From an uncultured Methanosarcinaceae archaeon (GTDB taxonomy: Archaea; Halobacteriota; Methanosarcinia; Methanosarcinales; Methanosarcinaceae): a stretch of DNA of 64,000 nucleotides. Below the pieces are notes generated by a model. It ran no database searches and was not told the origin of the DNA. It saw only the letters and a list, made by a program, of their open reading frames with translations. Within the stretch, counting starts at the first letter, position 1; each line of letters starts with the position of its first letter. The stretch lies in NCBI GenBank assembly GCA_963727895.1, contig CAVSHT010000012.1, positions 128,001 to 192,000 of the forward strand, in the 5' to 3' direction. Below, one piece after another: positions 34,099-44,268 of this stretch. The position numbers and the translations under genes are program-made.

Positions 34099-34226
34099 GA
34101 GTCTGGCGGCCATAGCGGCAGTGTCACTCCTGTACCCATCCCGAACACAGTAGATAAGCCTGCCCACGTTCCTTACTGTACTGAAGTACGCGAGTCTTCG
34201 GGAACTCTGGATCGCTGCCATTCTCA
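34099..34226 (+). rRNA. rrf: 5S rRNA
   Basis: TGGCGGCCATAGC...CCCATCCCGAACAC...CGCTGCCA. Confidence 0.95.
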
Positions 34227-35226
34227 CTATATTACTCTATTATTTCTCTATCTTTTCTATGAAAATTTTACTATAGCTAAAAATTACTTCTTTTCAATAT
34301 CGTTTGTTATTTGTACTATTATTTTTTGTTGCATGTTTCTTTTGTGTTTCTTTTGTAGTTGAAATTGTTTATAACTCTCATTCTCAACCAGTTTTTCAAA
34401 CCTTATCCGCTTAAAATTGTTAAATATAATGAAGTCTTTTATTATTTTGGGGAACAGACTCTGACTGATGAAAATAAAATGGATCAAGATATGAGAGTAG
34501 CTTTAGATATAGACTTAGCAAATGGCTTTTGACTAGAGATGAATGTGTTTTCACGGGTGTTTAATAGTTCAAAATCAGGATGATAAGTCCATAAGTGAAC
34601 ATTTAAGTGGAGCAATTAATATTTGGGTAAATATAAAGGAAGAGTTTACAACACAGAAAATTGTTTCTGATATATGTGAGTTTCTTAAAATGAAAATAAA
34701 GACCTTTACTTTCGCTTAATGGAGAAATGTGCTCTAAAAGGCATAAGTATAGGTGAAGGTATATTTGAAGCATTGAGCATGTGTCAATGTGAAGAAGCAA
34801 TAACTAATCCTCAATATGAAAAATCTGATGACATCTCTTATGTATGATTCCTAATGTCTGCATTTTAACTTTACTAAGATTTCAACATAATTTTTTGCAC
34901 TTTATGTATGCTTATTGAGGGCAATCACAGGTTTTTTATATTCTCTACTCTAATCTGCATTCTTACCAATAGTTTGTTCTTTTTTGCTAAAGTTTACCAC
35001 TGAAATTTATACTTTTTTTTTCTTTCTCTCATATACAAAAAAATTAACTCACTGTAACTCTCTCTGGTAAATTCTAATTATTGTTTTATATCTATTTAGG
35101 TGAGATTATATATTCAATTATTAGCTCTTCCATAGTCTAAATTATATATTAGTTCTGAAAACAAGATTCCTTTTTAATATATGTTTATTTACCAGAAAAC
35201 ATCTGTATAATTATAGGGGGTAGTTT

Positions 35227-35853
35227 CTGAATTACATCGAAAGCTATATCGAAACTTGGAAAGATGTTATTCAAAACCCGTCTGATTTTTTCAGAGAAAT
35301 GCCAAAGACGGGAGGGTATGCTGATCCACTTACCTTCACAGCAATAAGCTTCATTATATATGCGCTTTTAACCGCCCTTTTAACTGTGTTTTTTGGACGT
35401 GGAATGTATATTGGCGGTATGTATGGAGGCATGTCTGGAGGCATGTATGGTGGAATGTACAGTAGCGCGAGAAGTTTCGGCTTTCTCGCAATACTTATGA
35501 CTGTAATTATATCACCTATTGCGGGTGTTATTTCTCTCTTTATCGAATCTGCAATTCTTTACGTCCTTTATAAAGTACTTGGAGGAACTGGAAGTTACGA
35601 GGGTACTGTAAGATTCGTTTCTTATGCTACTGCTGTGCTGGTACTTTCCTGGATTCCTATCATTAGTTAGATTGTTGGGATCTATGGAATATATCTCTAT
35701 ATTGTGGGTGGTATGTATGTACATGACATGATCATGGCAAGATCCGCAATAGCTATACTTCTACCAACTTTAGTTGTAATCTTAATTATGGCTATAGTTA
35801 TGGCAGAACTATTTGCTTTATCAGGATTATTTCCGTTCTTAATTTTTCTCTAA
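35227..35853 (+). pseudogene. Yip1-family membrane protein with in-frame TAG (35668-35670) and CTG at the expected start
   Basis: The frame stays open from CTG 35227 (xNYIESYIETWKDVIQNPSDFFREMPKTGGY) through SYEGTVRFVSYA...SWIPIIS-TAG-IVGIYGIYLYIVGGMYVH to TAA at 35853. Confidence 0.75.
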
Positions 35854-35998
35854 TGAGTTATCCTTTTATAGGAATAACTCCTTTTATTTTTTGTATCTGA
35901 ATTCCTTATAAATTTACAAAACTATTGCCGCAAACTAAATATTTATATATTAGAACTTACTTTATTTGAATCTACGCGACCGAAGCGTGATCAAGAAT

Positions 35999-36070
35999 GC
36001 CAAGATGGCGGAGCGGCTACGCAATCGCCTGCAGAGCGATTCCATTCCGGTTCGAATCCGGATCTTGGCT
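35999..36070 (+). tRNA. tRNA-Cys(GCA), copy 1
   Basis: GCCAAGA/TCTTGGC acceptor stem, anticodon loop CTGCAGA, GTTCGAATC T-loop and U discriminator. Confidence 0.95.
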
Positions 36071-36134
36071 TTTTCTTTATATAATTATTAATCAAAAATT
36101 ATATTCTAAGATATTTCAAACAAATTTGCATAAT

Positions 36135-36206
36135 GCCAAGATGGCGGAGCGGCTACGCAATCGCCTGCAGAGCGATTCCATTCCGGTTCGAATCCGGATC
36201 TTGGCT
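36135..36206 (+). tRNA. tRNA-Cys(GCA), copy 2
   Basis: Identical 72-nt sequence to copy 1. Confidence 0.95.
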
Positions 36207-36375
36207 TTTTTAAAAACTTTTTTGTTTTGTGTTTTTTGTTCTTTGTTCTTTGTGGTATTATCCATAAAGTTATAGAGTTTTTTAATATTTCTACTGTATT
36301 TATTGATTTTTTAATATTCTGATTTTTTCTTTCAGAGCTTTTGGTTTTTTATATTAGAGAATACTAGTTCGGATC

Positions 36376-36990
36376 ATGGACATCGAAGAACTCATGAAGA
36401 GGCTTTTTGAGCTTTATCCTGAAGATGATACCAATGGTTTTAAAGATCCTTTTTTTGTGTTAATTTCTACTGTGATGTCCCACAGAACTCGGGATGATGT
36501 GACCTATCCTGCAGCAAGGAAGCTTTTTGAAATATTTTCAACGCCTGAAGAAATGGTAAAAGCTGATGTTAGTGAAATTGAAAATCTCATAAAAGATGTG
36601 GGTTTTTACAGGGTCAAGGCAGGAAGAATAAAGGAAATTTCCAGAATTCTTCTGGAAAAATACGATGGTAAGGTTCCTGATGATATGGAGGCTCTTCTCG
36701 AATTGCCTGGAGTAGGCAGAAAGACTGCTAACTGTGTTCTTGCCCATGCTTTTCTTAAGGATGCTCTTGCAGTGGATACTCACGTTCACAGGATTTCTAA
36801 CAGGCTTGGTCTGGTAGAGACAAAAATTCCTGAGGAAACTGAAACTGAATTAAAAAAGATCTTTCCCCAGAGATACTGGAGACATATAAATCTCTTGCTT
36901 GTAAAATTAGGGCAAAATATCTGCCGACCTATTTCTCCCAGGTGTGAAATCTGTGCCCTAAATGATATGTGTCCCAAAATACTCTTTTAA
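36376..36990 (+). CDS. nth: Endonuclease III
   Basis: HhH motif LLELPGVGRKTA, VDTHVHR and CRPISPRCEICALNDMC [4Fe-4S] motif. Confidence 0.95.
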   Translation: MDIEELMKRLFELYPEDDTNGFKDPFFVLISTVMSHRTRDDVTYPAARKLFEIFSTPEEMVKADVSEIENLIKDVGFYRVKAGRIKEISRILLEKYDGKVPDDMEALLELPGVGRKTANCVLAHAFLKDALAVDTHVHRISNRLGLVETKIPEETETELKKIFPQRYWRHINLLLVKLGQNICRPISPRCEICALNDMCPKILF

Positions 36991-37234
36991 TAGGAATTTT
37001 TCTGTAGCCTTAAATTCTGAAATCAAATCCATAAATCGAAATTCTCATACCCTATCGAGGCTGGACAAAAACCTGCTAGATATACGAGATTAATTTATAT
37101 ATAAAGCCTGCATTTAGCAGGCAAAAGGGTTATTCGTATCCTTAATTGATGGTAAATTAATTCCAGGTATACGGCTATCTACACCGTTATCAATACTCAG
37201 GATTATATCATTTATCACATTTACGAGGTCAAAT

Positions 37235-38414
37235 ATGTTTCAAATAGGAGAAGCTTTAATGGGGCAAGGTGCAGAACTTGCCCATGTTGATTTGATGATT
37301 GGAGACAAAGGAGGGTCCTGTAGGACAGGCTTTTGCAAACGGTCTTACCCAGCTTTCAGTCGGACATACTCCACTCCTTTCTGTTATTAGGCCTAACCTG
37401 CCACCTAAACCTTCAACTCTTATTATCCCGAAGGTTACAGTAAAGAATATGGAACAGGCATGAAGAATTTTTGGACCTGCTCAGTCCGCTGTTGCAAAGG
37501 CAGTAGCAGATTCAGTTGAAGAAGGCGTAATCTCAAAGGACCAGGTTGAAGATCTTGTCATTGTAGCTAGTGTCTTTATCCATCCTGACGCTCAGGACTA
37601 CAACAAAATCTATAGATACAACTATGGAGCCACAAAACTCGCAATCAAGCGTGCTCTTGAGGGCTTCCCGGACATCAATACAGTTCTTGAAGAAAGCAAC
37701 AAGTCTACTCATGCTATTATGGGATTCAAGGTCACAAGGCTCTGGGATCCACCCTATCTGCAGGTTGCTTTTGACAATCCTAACATTGAATTCGTGCAAT
37801 CTGCTATTTCTCAGATTCCTAAAAGCGATCACGTTATTATCGAAGCAGGTACACCTCTTATCAAACGCTATGGTATGGATGTAATTTCGAAGATCAGAGA
37901 GGTAAGGCCTGATGCTTTCATAGTAGCTGACCTGAAGACTCTGGACACCGGAAACCTTGAAGCAAGAATGGTCGCTGACGCTGCAGGAGACGCTATTGTA
38001 GTTTCTGCCCTTGCTCCTATCAGCACTATTGACAAACTTATTGAGGAAGCTCATAAGACTGGTATCTATGCAGTGATGGATACACTTAATCAGCGCGATC
38101 CAATTGCTGTCTTAAAACAGCTTAAGGTCATGCCTGATGTCATTGAACTCCACCGCGGAATCGATATTGAGTCCACTGAACATGCATGGGGCAATATCAG
38201 CGAGATCAAGAAGATTGCTCCAAAAACTCTTGTTGCTGTTGCAGGTGGCGTCCGTCTTGACAAAGTGCCTGTGGCTCTCAGCCAGGGTGCTGACATTCTT
38301 GTAGTAGGACGTGCAATTACTAACTCAAAAGATGTTAGGGAAGTTGCTGAGCAGTTTATCAACAGCCTTAACAAGCCGGAAATTGACCAGTTCAGGGTCA
38401 TGACTGACTTTTAA
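37235..38414 (+). pseudogene. fae-hps: Bifunctional formaldehyde-activating enzyme / hexulose-6-phosphate synthase; Fae part disrupted, Hps part (37719-38414) intact
   Basis: ATG 37235 gives [26 protein letters not shown]. An extra G at 37313-37315 shifts the frame away from [11 protein letters not shown], and an in-frame TGA sits at 37461-37463. IFGPAQSAVAKAVAD...YNYGATKLAI follows, then the Hps motifs [17 protein letters not shown] and VAGGV. Confidence 0.88.
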
Positions 38415-38565
38415 ACGCAAGTTTAAAAATTTCCCGAAAAACAGTTGTCGAAAATCTATTACTAATTACAAAGAGTAACTCCATAGGTTTTCGGTAAAAA
38501 ATTCTAAAGAGAAAGCGTTGAAATTCACGCTTTCCATTTCTTTTCATTTTTCAAGAGGGGATTTT

Positions 38566-39234
38566 TTGGGTCTACCATTCATTCTGTTGAACTACAAGAC
38601 TTATTTGCAGGGTACAGGCCAGGGAGCAGTGGAAATTGCCAGAGCCTGTAAAACCGTCTCCGAAGAATCAGGTATCGAAATAGCAGTAGCTCCGCAGCTT
38701 TCTGATATTTATAGGGTAGCTTCAGAAGTTGAACTTCCTATCTTTTCACAGCATCTGGATGGCGTAGGAGCAGGAAGTTTTACAGGTCACGTTTTTGGAA
38801 AATCTATAAAAGACGCAGGTGCTGTAGGAACTCTGATAAATCACTCTGAAAGACGAATTACCCTTGCAGAAATTGAAGCGTCGCTGAAAGCTGCAAAAGA
38901 ATTCGGGTTAAGGTCAGTTATCTGCACTAATAATGTCCCAACAACTGCAGCAGCTGCAGCCCTTGATCCAGATTACGTTGCAATCGAACCTCCTGAACTT
39001 ATAGGAAGTGGCATTCCTGTATCAAAAGCTGATCCTGAAGTCGTTAGTGGCTCGGTAGAAGCAGTTTCAAAAATCAATCCCGGCGTTAAAGTTCTCTGCG
39101 GTGCTGGGATCTCAAAAGGGGAAGATCTTAAGGCAGCCCTTGACCTTGGCTCACAAGGCGTGCTTCTAGCATCAGGAATTGTGAAAGCTAAAGACCCAAA
39201 GACTGCACTGGAAGATCTGATCCGTCTGGTTTAA
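38566..39234 (+). CDS. tpiA: Triosephosphate isomerase (archaeal type)
   Basis: LNYKTY, INHSERR, AIEPPELIGSG, CGAGI and GVLLASG motifs. Probable TTG start at 38566 after GAGGGG. Confidence 0.95.
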   Translation: MGLPFILLNYKTYLQGTGQGAVEIARACKTVSEESGIEIAVAPQLSDIYRVASEVELPIFSQHLDGVGAGSFTGHVFGKSIKDAGAVGTLINHSERRITLAEIEASLKAAKEFGLRSVICTNNVPTTAAAAALDPDYVAIEPPELIGSGIPVSKADPEVVSGSVEAVSKINPGVKVLCGAGISKGEDLKAALDLGSQGVLLASGIVKAKDPKTALEDLIRLV

Positions 39235-39249
39235 GTTTTATTTTTTGCT

Positions 39250-42009
39250 TTAGGCTGCTTTGTTATTTGCTTCTAGGTATTTGGTGAGAGGTTTTAATGC
39301 TCTCTCATCTCCAATTTCTATAAGCAGGAGCACAGAGTTCCCTCTGACATTCTTGTTTTCACTGCTAAGTCCTTTTATAAGAGGTTCCATAGCTTCTCCT
39401 TTCCTATCTATAAGGGCTTTTGAGGCTCTGTTTCTTACTTCTTTGTTATTATCTCCTAAAGCTTTGACGAGAGTTTCGATTGCTTTTTCGTCTTCAATTT
39501 CTTCTAAAGCAGTAACAGCAGAAATCCTAATCTTGGGATTATTATCTCCCAGAGCTTGCTCAAAAATTTCAATTTCTTTTGGATCGTTTATTTTTCCCAG
39601 AGCTTCTAAAGCAGTGCATCTTACTGTTTCATTTCCGTCTGTTGTAGCGTTAGCAAGCGCATTTTCAGCTGTACTACCACTTATATTTCCAAGGGCCCAT
39701 GCTGAAGCGATTCTTACATTTTCATCTTCATCTTGTAGTGCCACAATTAAAGAGTTTACTGCTCCTTTATCTCCTATTGTTCCAAGAGCCAGAACTGCGC
39801 TTTTCCTTACTATTGGATCTTTACTGGACAATGTCTGAGTCAAAGGTTCAACAGCCTTGGGGTTTCCAATTTCTCCCAGAGCAAGGGCTGCACGACTTTT
39901 TACTGAATTATTTTCGTTCAAAGCCGCGATAAGAGGATCTACTGCCTGTTGATTTCCTATCTTTCCAAGAGAAGTTGCACTACACTCTTTCACGCTGTCG
40001 CATTCATCCATTTTCAAAGCAAGTGACAAGGGCCCAACTGCCTTTTCACTTCCAATTTCTCCAAGGGAGTAGGCTGCACAGGCTTTAGTTTCATTTAAAT
40101 CTTTTACAAGTACTTCAATAAGAGGATCTACTGAATTTTTATCTCCTATTTCTCCCAGTGCAAATATAGAACTGATTCTCATATAACTGTTTTCACTTTT
40201 TAGCACGTTCAAAAGCTTCTCCTGTGCGTTTTCATCCTTTGGATCTACTCCGCAAATCTCTTCATATTTATTTATGTTTTGGGGATCAGCTTCTAATGCA
40301 TCGATTAGGAGGGCATCGATTAGGGGGGTCGCTTCTGATTTTTTATTATTTTCAAAAGTTTCTGAAACCTCTTTTCGGAATTTAGCATCTTTTTGGTTTA
40401 CAACTGTCAAAAGAGGTTGATTTCTTTTTTCATTGTTTTTGATTCCTTTAAATTCAGTAGAATTGTTTGTTTTTTCCTTAAACAATTCATTAAGTCCTGA
40501 AACAGCTTTTTTGTCTCCGATTTCAATTAGTGAAAATGTAATGTATTTTCTAGCTGTTTTATTCTTATTTTCAAGGGCCTTTGTCAAAGCTGGAACTGCA
40601 GGTTTTCCTATTTTTGTCAGAGCTAGGGCGCAGTTAAGTCTTAAGTCTTCATTTTTAGCCGAAAGATTTTGAATTAGAGGTTCGATAGCTCTTTTATCCC
40701 CTATCTGTCCAAGAGCCCATGCTGCTGTACAGGATGCATATGTATCGTCATCTGATAGGGTTTCGATAAGAGGTTTAACTGCTGGTTTTCCAATTCCTAC
40801 CAGAATGTCTACAGCATGTGATTTTATATTACTATCTCCATTTTTTAATGCCTGAACAATTGGTTTAGTGTTTCTGTTTCCTGACTCCATAAGAGTCTTT
40901 TCAGTCATATTTCTGACTTCTTCATCAGGATCTTTTAACTGCTTTATTAGAGCTGTTGTTGCTTCTTCATCTCCTACTTCTCCAAGAGCTTTCACAATAG
41001 AACCTCTTACTTCAGGATCATTGTCTGAAAGAGCACTTATCAAAGCTTTTTCTGCTCTTTGATCTCCGATATCTCCTAATTCAACAGCTGCAGTAGCGCG
41101 GATTTCCGGATCTGCATCAGATAAGAGCTGAATCAAGGGTTCTGTTGCTTTTTCTTCTCTGAGTTCTCCAAGAGCTACAATAGCTCTTTTTCTTGTCTCA
41201 TTATCTTCGTCATTCAGCTCCTTAATCAATGGTTTAGTGGCTTTTTCACTCCCTATCCTTCCGAGGGCTTCCACAGCGTTACTTCGAACCTCTCTATCTT
41301 CATCTGAAAGGGCCTTTATTAAAGGCTCTTCTACGTTTTTACCCCCAAGTTTCCCTAATGCTTCTGCAGCACTGGATCTTACATCACTATTATTATCTTC
41401 AAGAGCTTTACATAGAGCCTCAGTAATTTTGTCATTTCCTACAGACCCTGAGAATAATGTTGCCTTCCAATCGTCTTCTTTTGAAGAAGAGCCTACATTT
41501 GCAATTTCGCCAAGAGCCCATGCTGAATTGGAGCGCACTCTCCCGTCTTCATCTGAAAGTGACTGAATTAGTTGTTCTTCTGCCATCTGGCTTCTTGCAT
41601 TACCAAGAGCCAGAGTCGCATTGCTTCTAACATTCGGATCTTCGTCCTTTAAAAGCTCTATTAAAGCTTTTTCTGCTTTTTGCCCACCTATATTTCCAAG
41701 AGCTAAAGCTACTTCACACTTCACTTCCGGTTTTCCCGAATCAATAACATCTATGAGAGGATCTACAGCTTTTTCTCCCATATCTTCCAGAGTAAATCTA
41801 GCCTCTGTTCTGGTGTTTATATCATCGGCACCTAATTTCTGTATCAAAGGTTCTGCAGCTTGTTGTGTTTTCGACTCATTTATATCTAATATAGTTCCAC
41901 TTAAATTTTCGCTGAGGTTTTCTTTTTTGCTTTCGTTGAGCCCTGAAGCAACTCCAATCATTGTCAGTATAAATAGCAGCAGTAAAATTGTAGGTACTGA
42001 ATGATTCAT
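39250..42009 (-). CDS. HEAT/PBS-lyase repeat protein with N-terminal signal peptide
   Basis: Many LIxxLxDxDxxVRxxAxxALGxIG repeats; hydrophobic N-terminus. Confidence 0.9.
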   Translation of the reverse strand: MNHSVPTILLLLFILTMIGVASGLNESKKENLSENLSGTILDINESKTQQAAEPLIQKLGADDINTRTEARFTLEDMGEKAVDPLIDVIDSGKPEVKCEVALALGNIGGQKAEKALIELLKDEDPNVRSNATLALGNARSQMAEEQLIQSLSDEDGRVRSNSAWALGEIANVGSSSKEDDWKATLFSGSVGNDKITEALCKALEDNNSDVRSSAAEALGKLGGKNVEEPLIKALSDEDREVRSNAVEALGRIGSEKATKPLIKELNDEDNETRKRAIVALGELREEKATEPLIQLLSDADPEIRATAAVELGDIGDQRAEKALISALSDNDPEVRGSIVKALGEVGDEEATTALIKQLKDPDEEVRNMTEKTLMESGNRNTKPIVQALKNGDSNIKSHAVDILVGIGKPAVKPLIETLSDDDTYASCTAAWALGQIGDKRAIEPLIQNLSAKNEDLRLNCALALTKIGKPAVPALTKALENKNKTARKYITFSLIEIGDKKAVSGLNELFKEKTNNSTEFKGIKNNEKRNQPLLTVVNQKDAKFRKEVSETFENNKKSEATPLIDALLIDALEADPQNINKYEEICGVDPKDENAQEKLLNVLKSENSYMRISSIFALGEIGDKNSVDPLIEVLVKDLNETKACAAYSLGEIGSEKAVGPLSLALKMDECDSVKECSATSLGKIGNQQAVDPLIAALNENNSVKSRAALALGEIGNPKAVEPLTQTLSSKDPIVRKSAVLALGTIGDKGAVNSLIVALQDEDENVRIASAWALGNISGSTAENALANATTDGNETVRCTALEALGKINDPKEIEIFEQALGDNNPKIRISAVTALEEIEDEKAIETLVKALGDNNKEVRNRASKALIDRKGEAMEPLIKGLSSENKNVRGNSVLLLIEIGDERALKPLTKYLEANNKAA

Positions 42010-42629
42010 ATTTCACACCATTTTTATGAATTCAATCTTGATTTGATTTTGGGATTTAGATTCGCTTCTATGCAGACTCTCTAACTAAGGAATCACTAAT
42101 GTAAATTTGTGTAAAGTAGATTTTTAGAAATGACATCTCAACAGAGGATATGCCTTATTAAAGGCAGACTTGTGTAATAAAAAAACGACGTCATTGATGG
42201 AGTTCTTGAGAAGCTTTAGAATCTATGTAATTTTTATTTATTATCCATTTTCTATTTTATTAATTATAATTTAAAACTCATATGTTAATATAATATGGTA
42301 ATTTACATTATAAAAAATCGTTTTATTAAAAATATACATCATAAATTTATTCTCATGATTTCTATAAATTTTAATATCCATCGAAAATAATTCTTTCAAC
42401 TATCTAATGATAAGGAAATAAAAAATATAATAATATTTGGGTAAGAATCATTACCCTTTTGGCTAACAAATTTTCATGGTAAAAACATAAAAGTATTTTT
42501 CAATATAACTCGTATACATTTAATTTTCTACAACTTCTACCAAAAAGATTTTTCCAATATTAAACTTCAGGAGTAATTTTATATAAAAAAGAATGCGGCT
42601 ATTTTTCAGCCTTTTGTTTTTTCAGCGTC

Positions 42630-44195
42630 TTAATTACTGAAAGTTAGAATAAGAGGTTTAATAGCTCTTTTATCTCCGATTTCAATAAGAATTAAGGCTG
42701 TTTCAGCTTTAATTTTCGAATCCTTCGTTTTCAAATTTTCGATTAATGGGTCAACCGCAGTTTCTCCCATTTCTATAAGGGATTCTCTCGCGCTAACTCC
42801 AAAATCTTTATCTCTCAGTTTTCCCACAAGGATTTTTGCAGTTTCGTTATTTTTGTTTTTGCTAAGGGCTAGAAAAGCTGCATTTCTAACGTTTACATCA
42901 GTGTTATTGTCATTAAAGACCTTTTTGAGAGTTTCTACATTTTTGGAATTTTTTATATTCCCTAGAGCTGCAGCTGCAGCTGTTCTGACCTCAAGTGCCT
43001 CTTCTTTATCGGTCAGTATGCTGGTTAAAATCTCTGTAGCGTCTGTGCTTCCTATTTCTCCAAGAGCAAGGATAGCGCTTTTTCGGACATCAGTGTTTGC
43101 ATTCATGGAATTCTTATTTTGCCCTGCTGAATCTTTTCCGGTTTCCAAAATTTCTATCAGAGGCTTTACTGTTGTCTCGTTTCCTATTTCTCCGAGTGCA
43201 AGAATTGCACTACTTCTTACTCTGATTTTCTGGTCTCTCAATCTATCTATAAGATAAGGTACTGAATTTTCGTCTCCTATCTTTCCCAGCGCGATTGCAG
43301 AGCTACTTCTGACGTATTCACCATCGCCATCTTTCATTTCTTTCTTTAAAGTTTCTACTGCCCTTTCATCTCCAATTTTTCCAAGCGCAATGGCTGCACT
43401 TGCTTTCGCCAGCGGATAATCTCTATTTAGAATTCTAAGTATGGGATCTACTGCATCGTTTTCTCTCATTTCTCCAAGAGCCATCATAGCTGCAACTCTT
43501 GTGCTTCCTTTATTGCTCTTAAGAGCTTCAATAAGTTTTTCAGTCTCACTGCCTGTTTTTTCAGGTCCAAATTCTGAAAGCGCTAGAGGGGTATAGATAC
43601 TTGAATTCTGTATTTCTGATTTAAGAGCTATTTCAAGAGCATTGGTTTCTTTATTGCTGTCTGCCTGAGCTGAGTCCATAGCAATGGAGTCTGCAATGTA
43701 CTTTCTTGTGGCCTCATCCTTTGCTTCTATAGCTTGTAGAATATTTTCTGAGAGCATTCTTTTACTTTCTTCGTCTGTACTTTCATTTGCAGCCTTGTTC
43801 AAAGCTTGAGTTTTTTCAAAGTTCTTGGAAAGGATATTTTCTGCTCTGTCGTCTCCAGTTTCAAGAAGCGCAAGAAGCATGTAGCTATTTGCTTTTTCCG
43901 AACTCGAATTGTTTAACTCAATCTTATTAACGAGGGCGGTAGCTGCAGGTTTTCCAAGTTTCCCTATTTCAGATGCAGTACTTAATCTCGTTTCGTGACT
44001 ACCGACTTCCAGTCGTTTTGTGAGATTTGTGAAATTTATAGCCAGATTTTCATGTGAAACTCCAGTTCGCGTCTGTACGTTTGTTTCATTGCCCTTGACT
44101 TCTACAAACCTATCACTATTTGCAAGAAGTGAAAAAAATATAGAAAGAGTAATTAGGACAAATAAAATAGAGACTCTCCATCTGACTCTGGACAT
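42630..44195 (-). CDS. HEAT/PBS-lyase repeat protein with N-terminal membrane anchor
   Basis: Repeated VRxSAxxALGxIGD; hydrophobic N-terminus; C-terminal LIEIGDxRA shared with the neighbouring HEAT gene. Confidence 0.88.
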   Translation of the reverse strand: MSRVRWRVSILFVLITLSIFFSLLANSDRFVEVKGNETNVQTRTGVSHENLAINFTNLTKRLEVGSHETRLSTASEIGKLGKPAATALVNKIELNNSSSEKANSYMLLALLETGDDRAENILSKNFEKTQALNKAANESTDEESKRMLSENILQAIEAKDEATRKYIADSIAMDSAQADSNKETNALEIALKSEIQNSSIYTPLALSEFGPEKTGSETEKLIEALKSNKGSTRVAAMMALGEMRENDAVDPILRILNRDYPLAKASAAIALGKIGDERAVETLKKEMKDGDGEYVRSSSAIALGKIGDENSVPYLIDRLRDQKIRVRSSAILALGEIGNETTVKPLIEILETGKDSAGQNKNSMNANTDVRKSAILALGEIGSTDATEILTSILTDKEEALEVRTAAAAALGNIKNSKNVETLKKVFNDNNTDVNVRNAAFLALSKNKNNETAKILVGKLRDKDFGVSARESLIEMGETAVDPLIENLKTKDSKIKAETALILIEIGDKRAIKPLILTFSN

Positions 44196-44268
44196 TACAT
44201 TATAATTTTTTTTATTGCTTATATTACTTTCTGTTTTTATTTGTATAGATGTCCCTGAAGAATTATTT

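Noticed and set aside
35997..36275. 92-aa ORF with an internal repeat
   Set aside because: It is a translation of the two tRNA-Cys genes.
37461..37463. TGA in fae as possible selenocysteine
   Set aside because: The position corresponds to a small non-Cys residue, an upstream frameshift already breaks the gene, and Methanosarcina is not known to use Sec.
39260..44205. Long antisense ORFs over the HEAT genes (also seen over rpa, arcS, srp54 and cdc48)
   Set aside because: Shadow frames caused by codon bias of the real genes.
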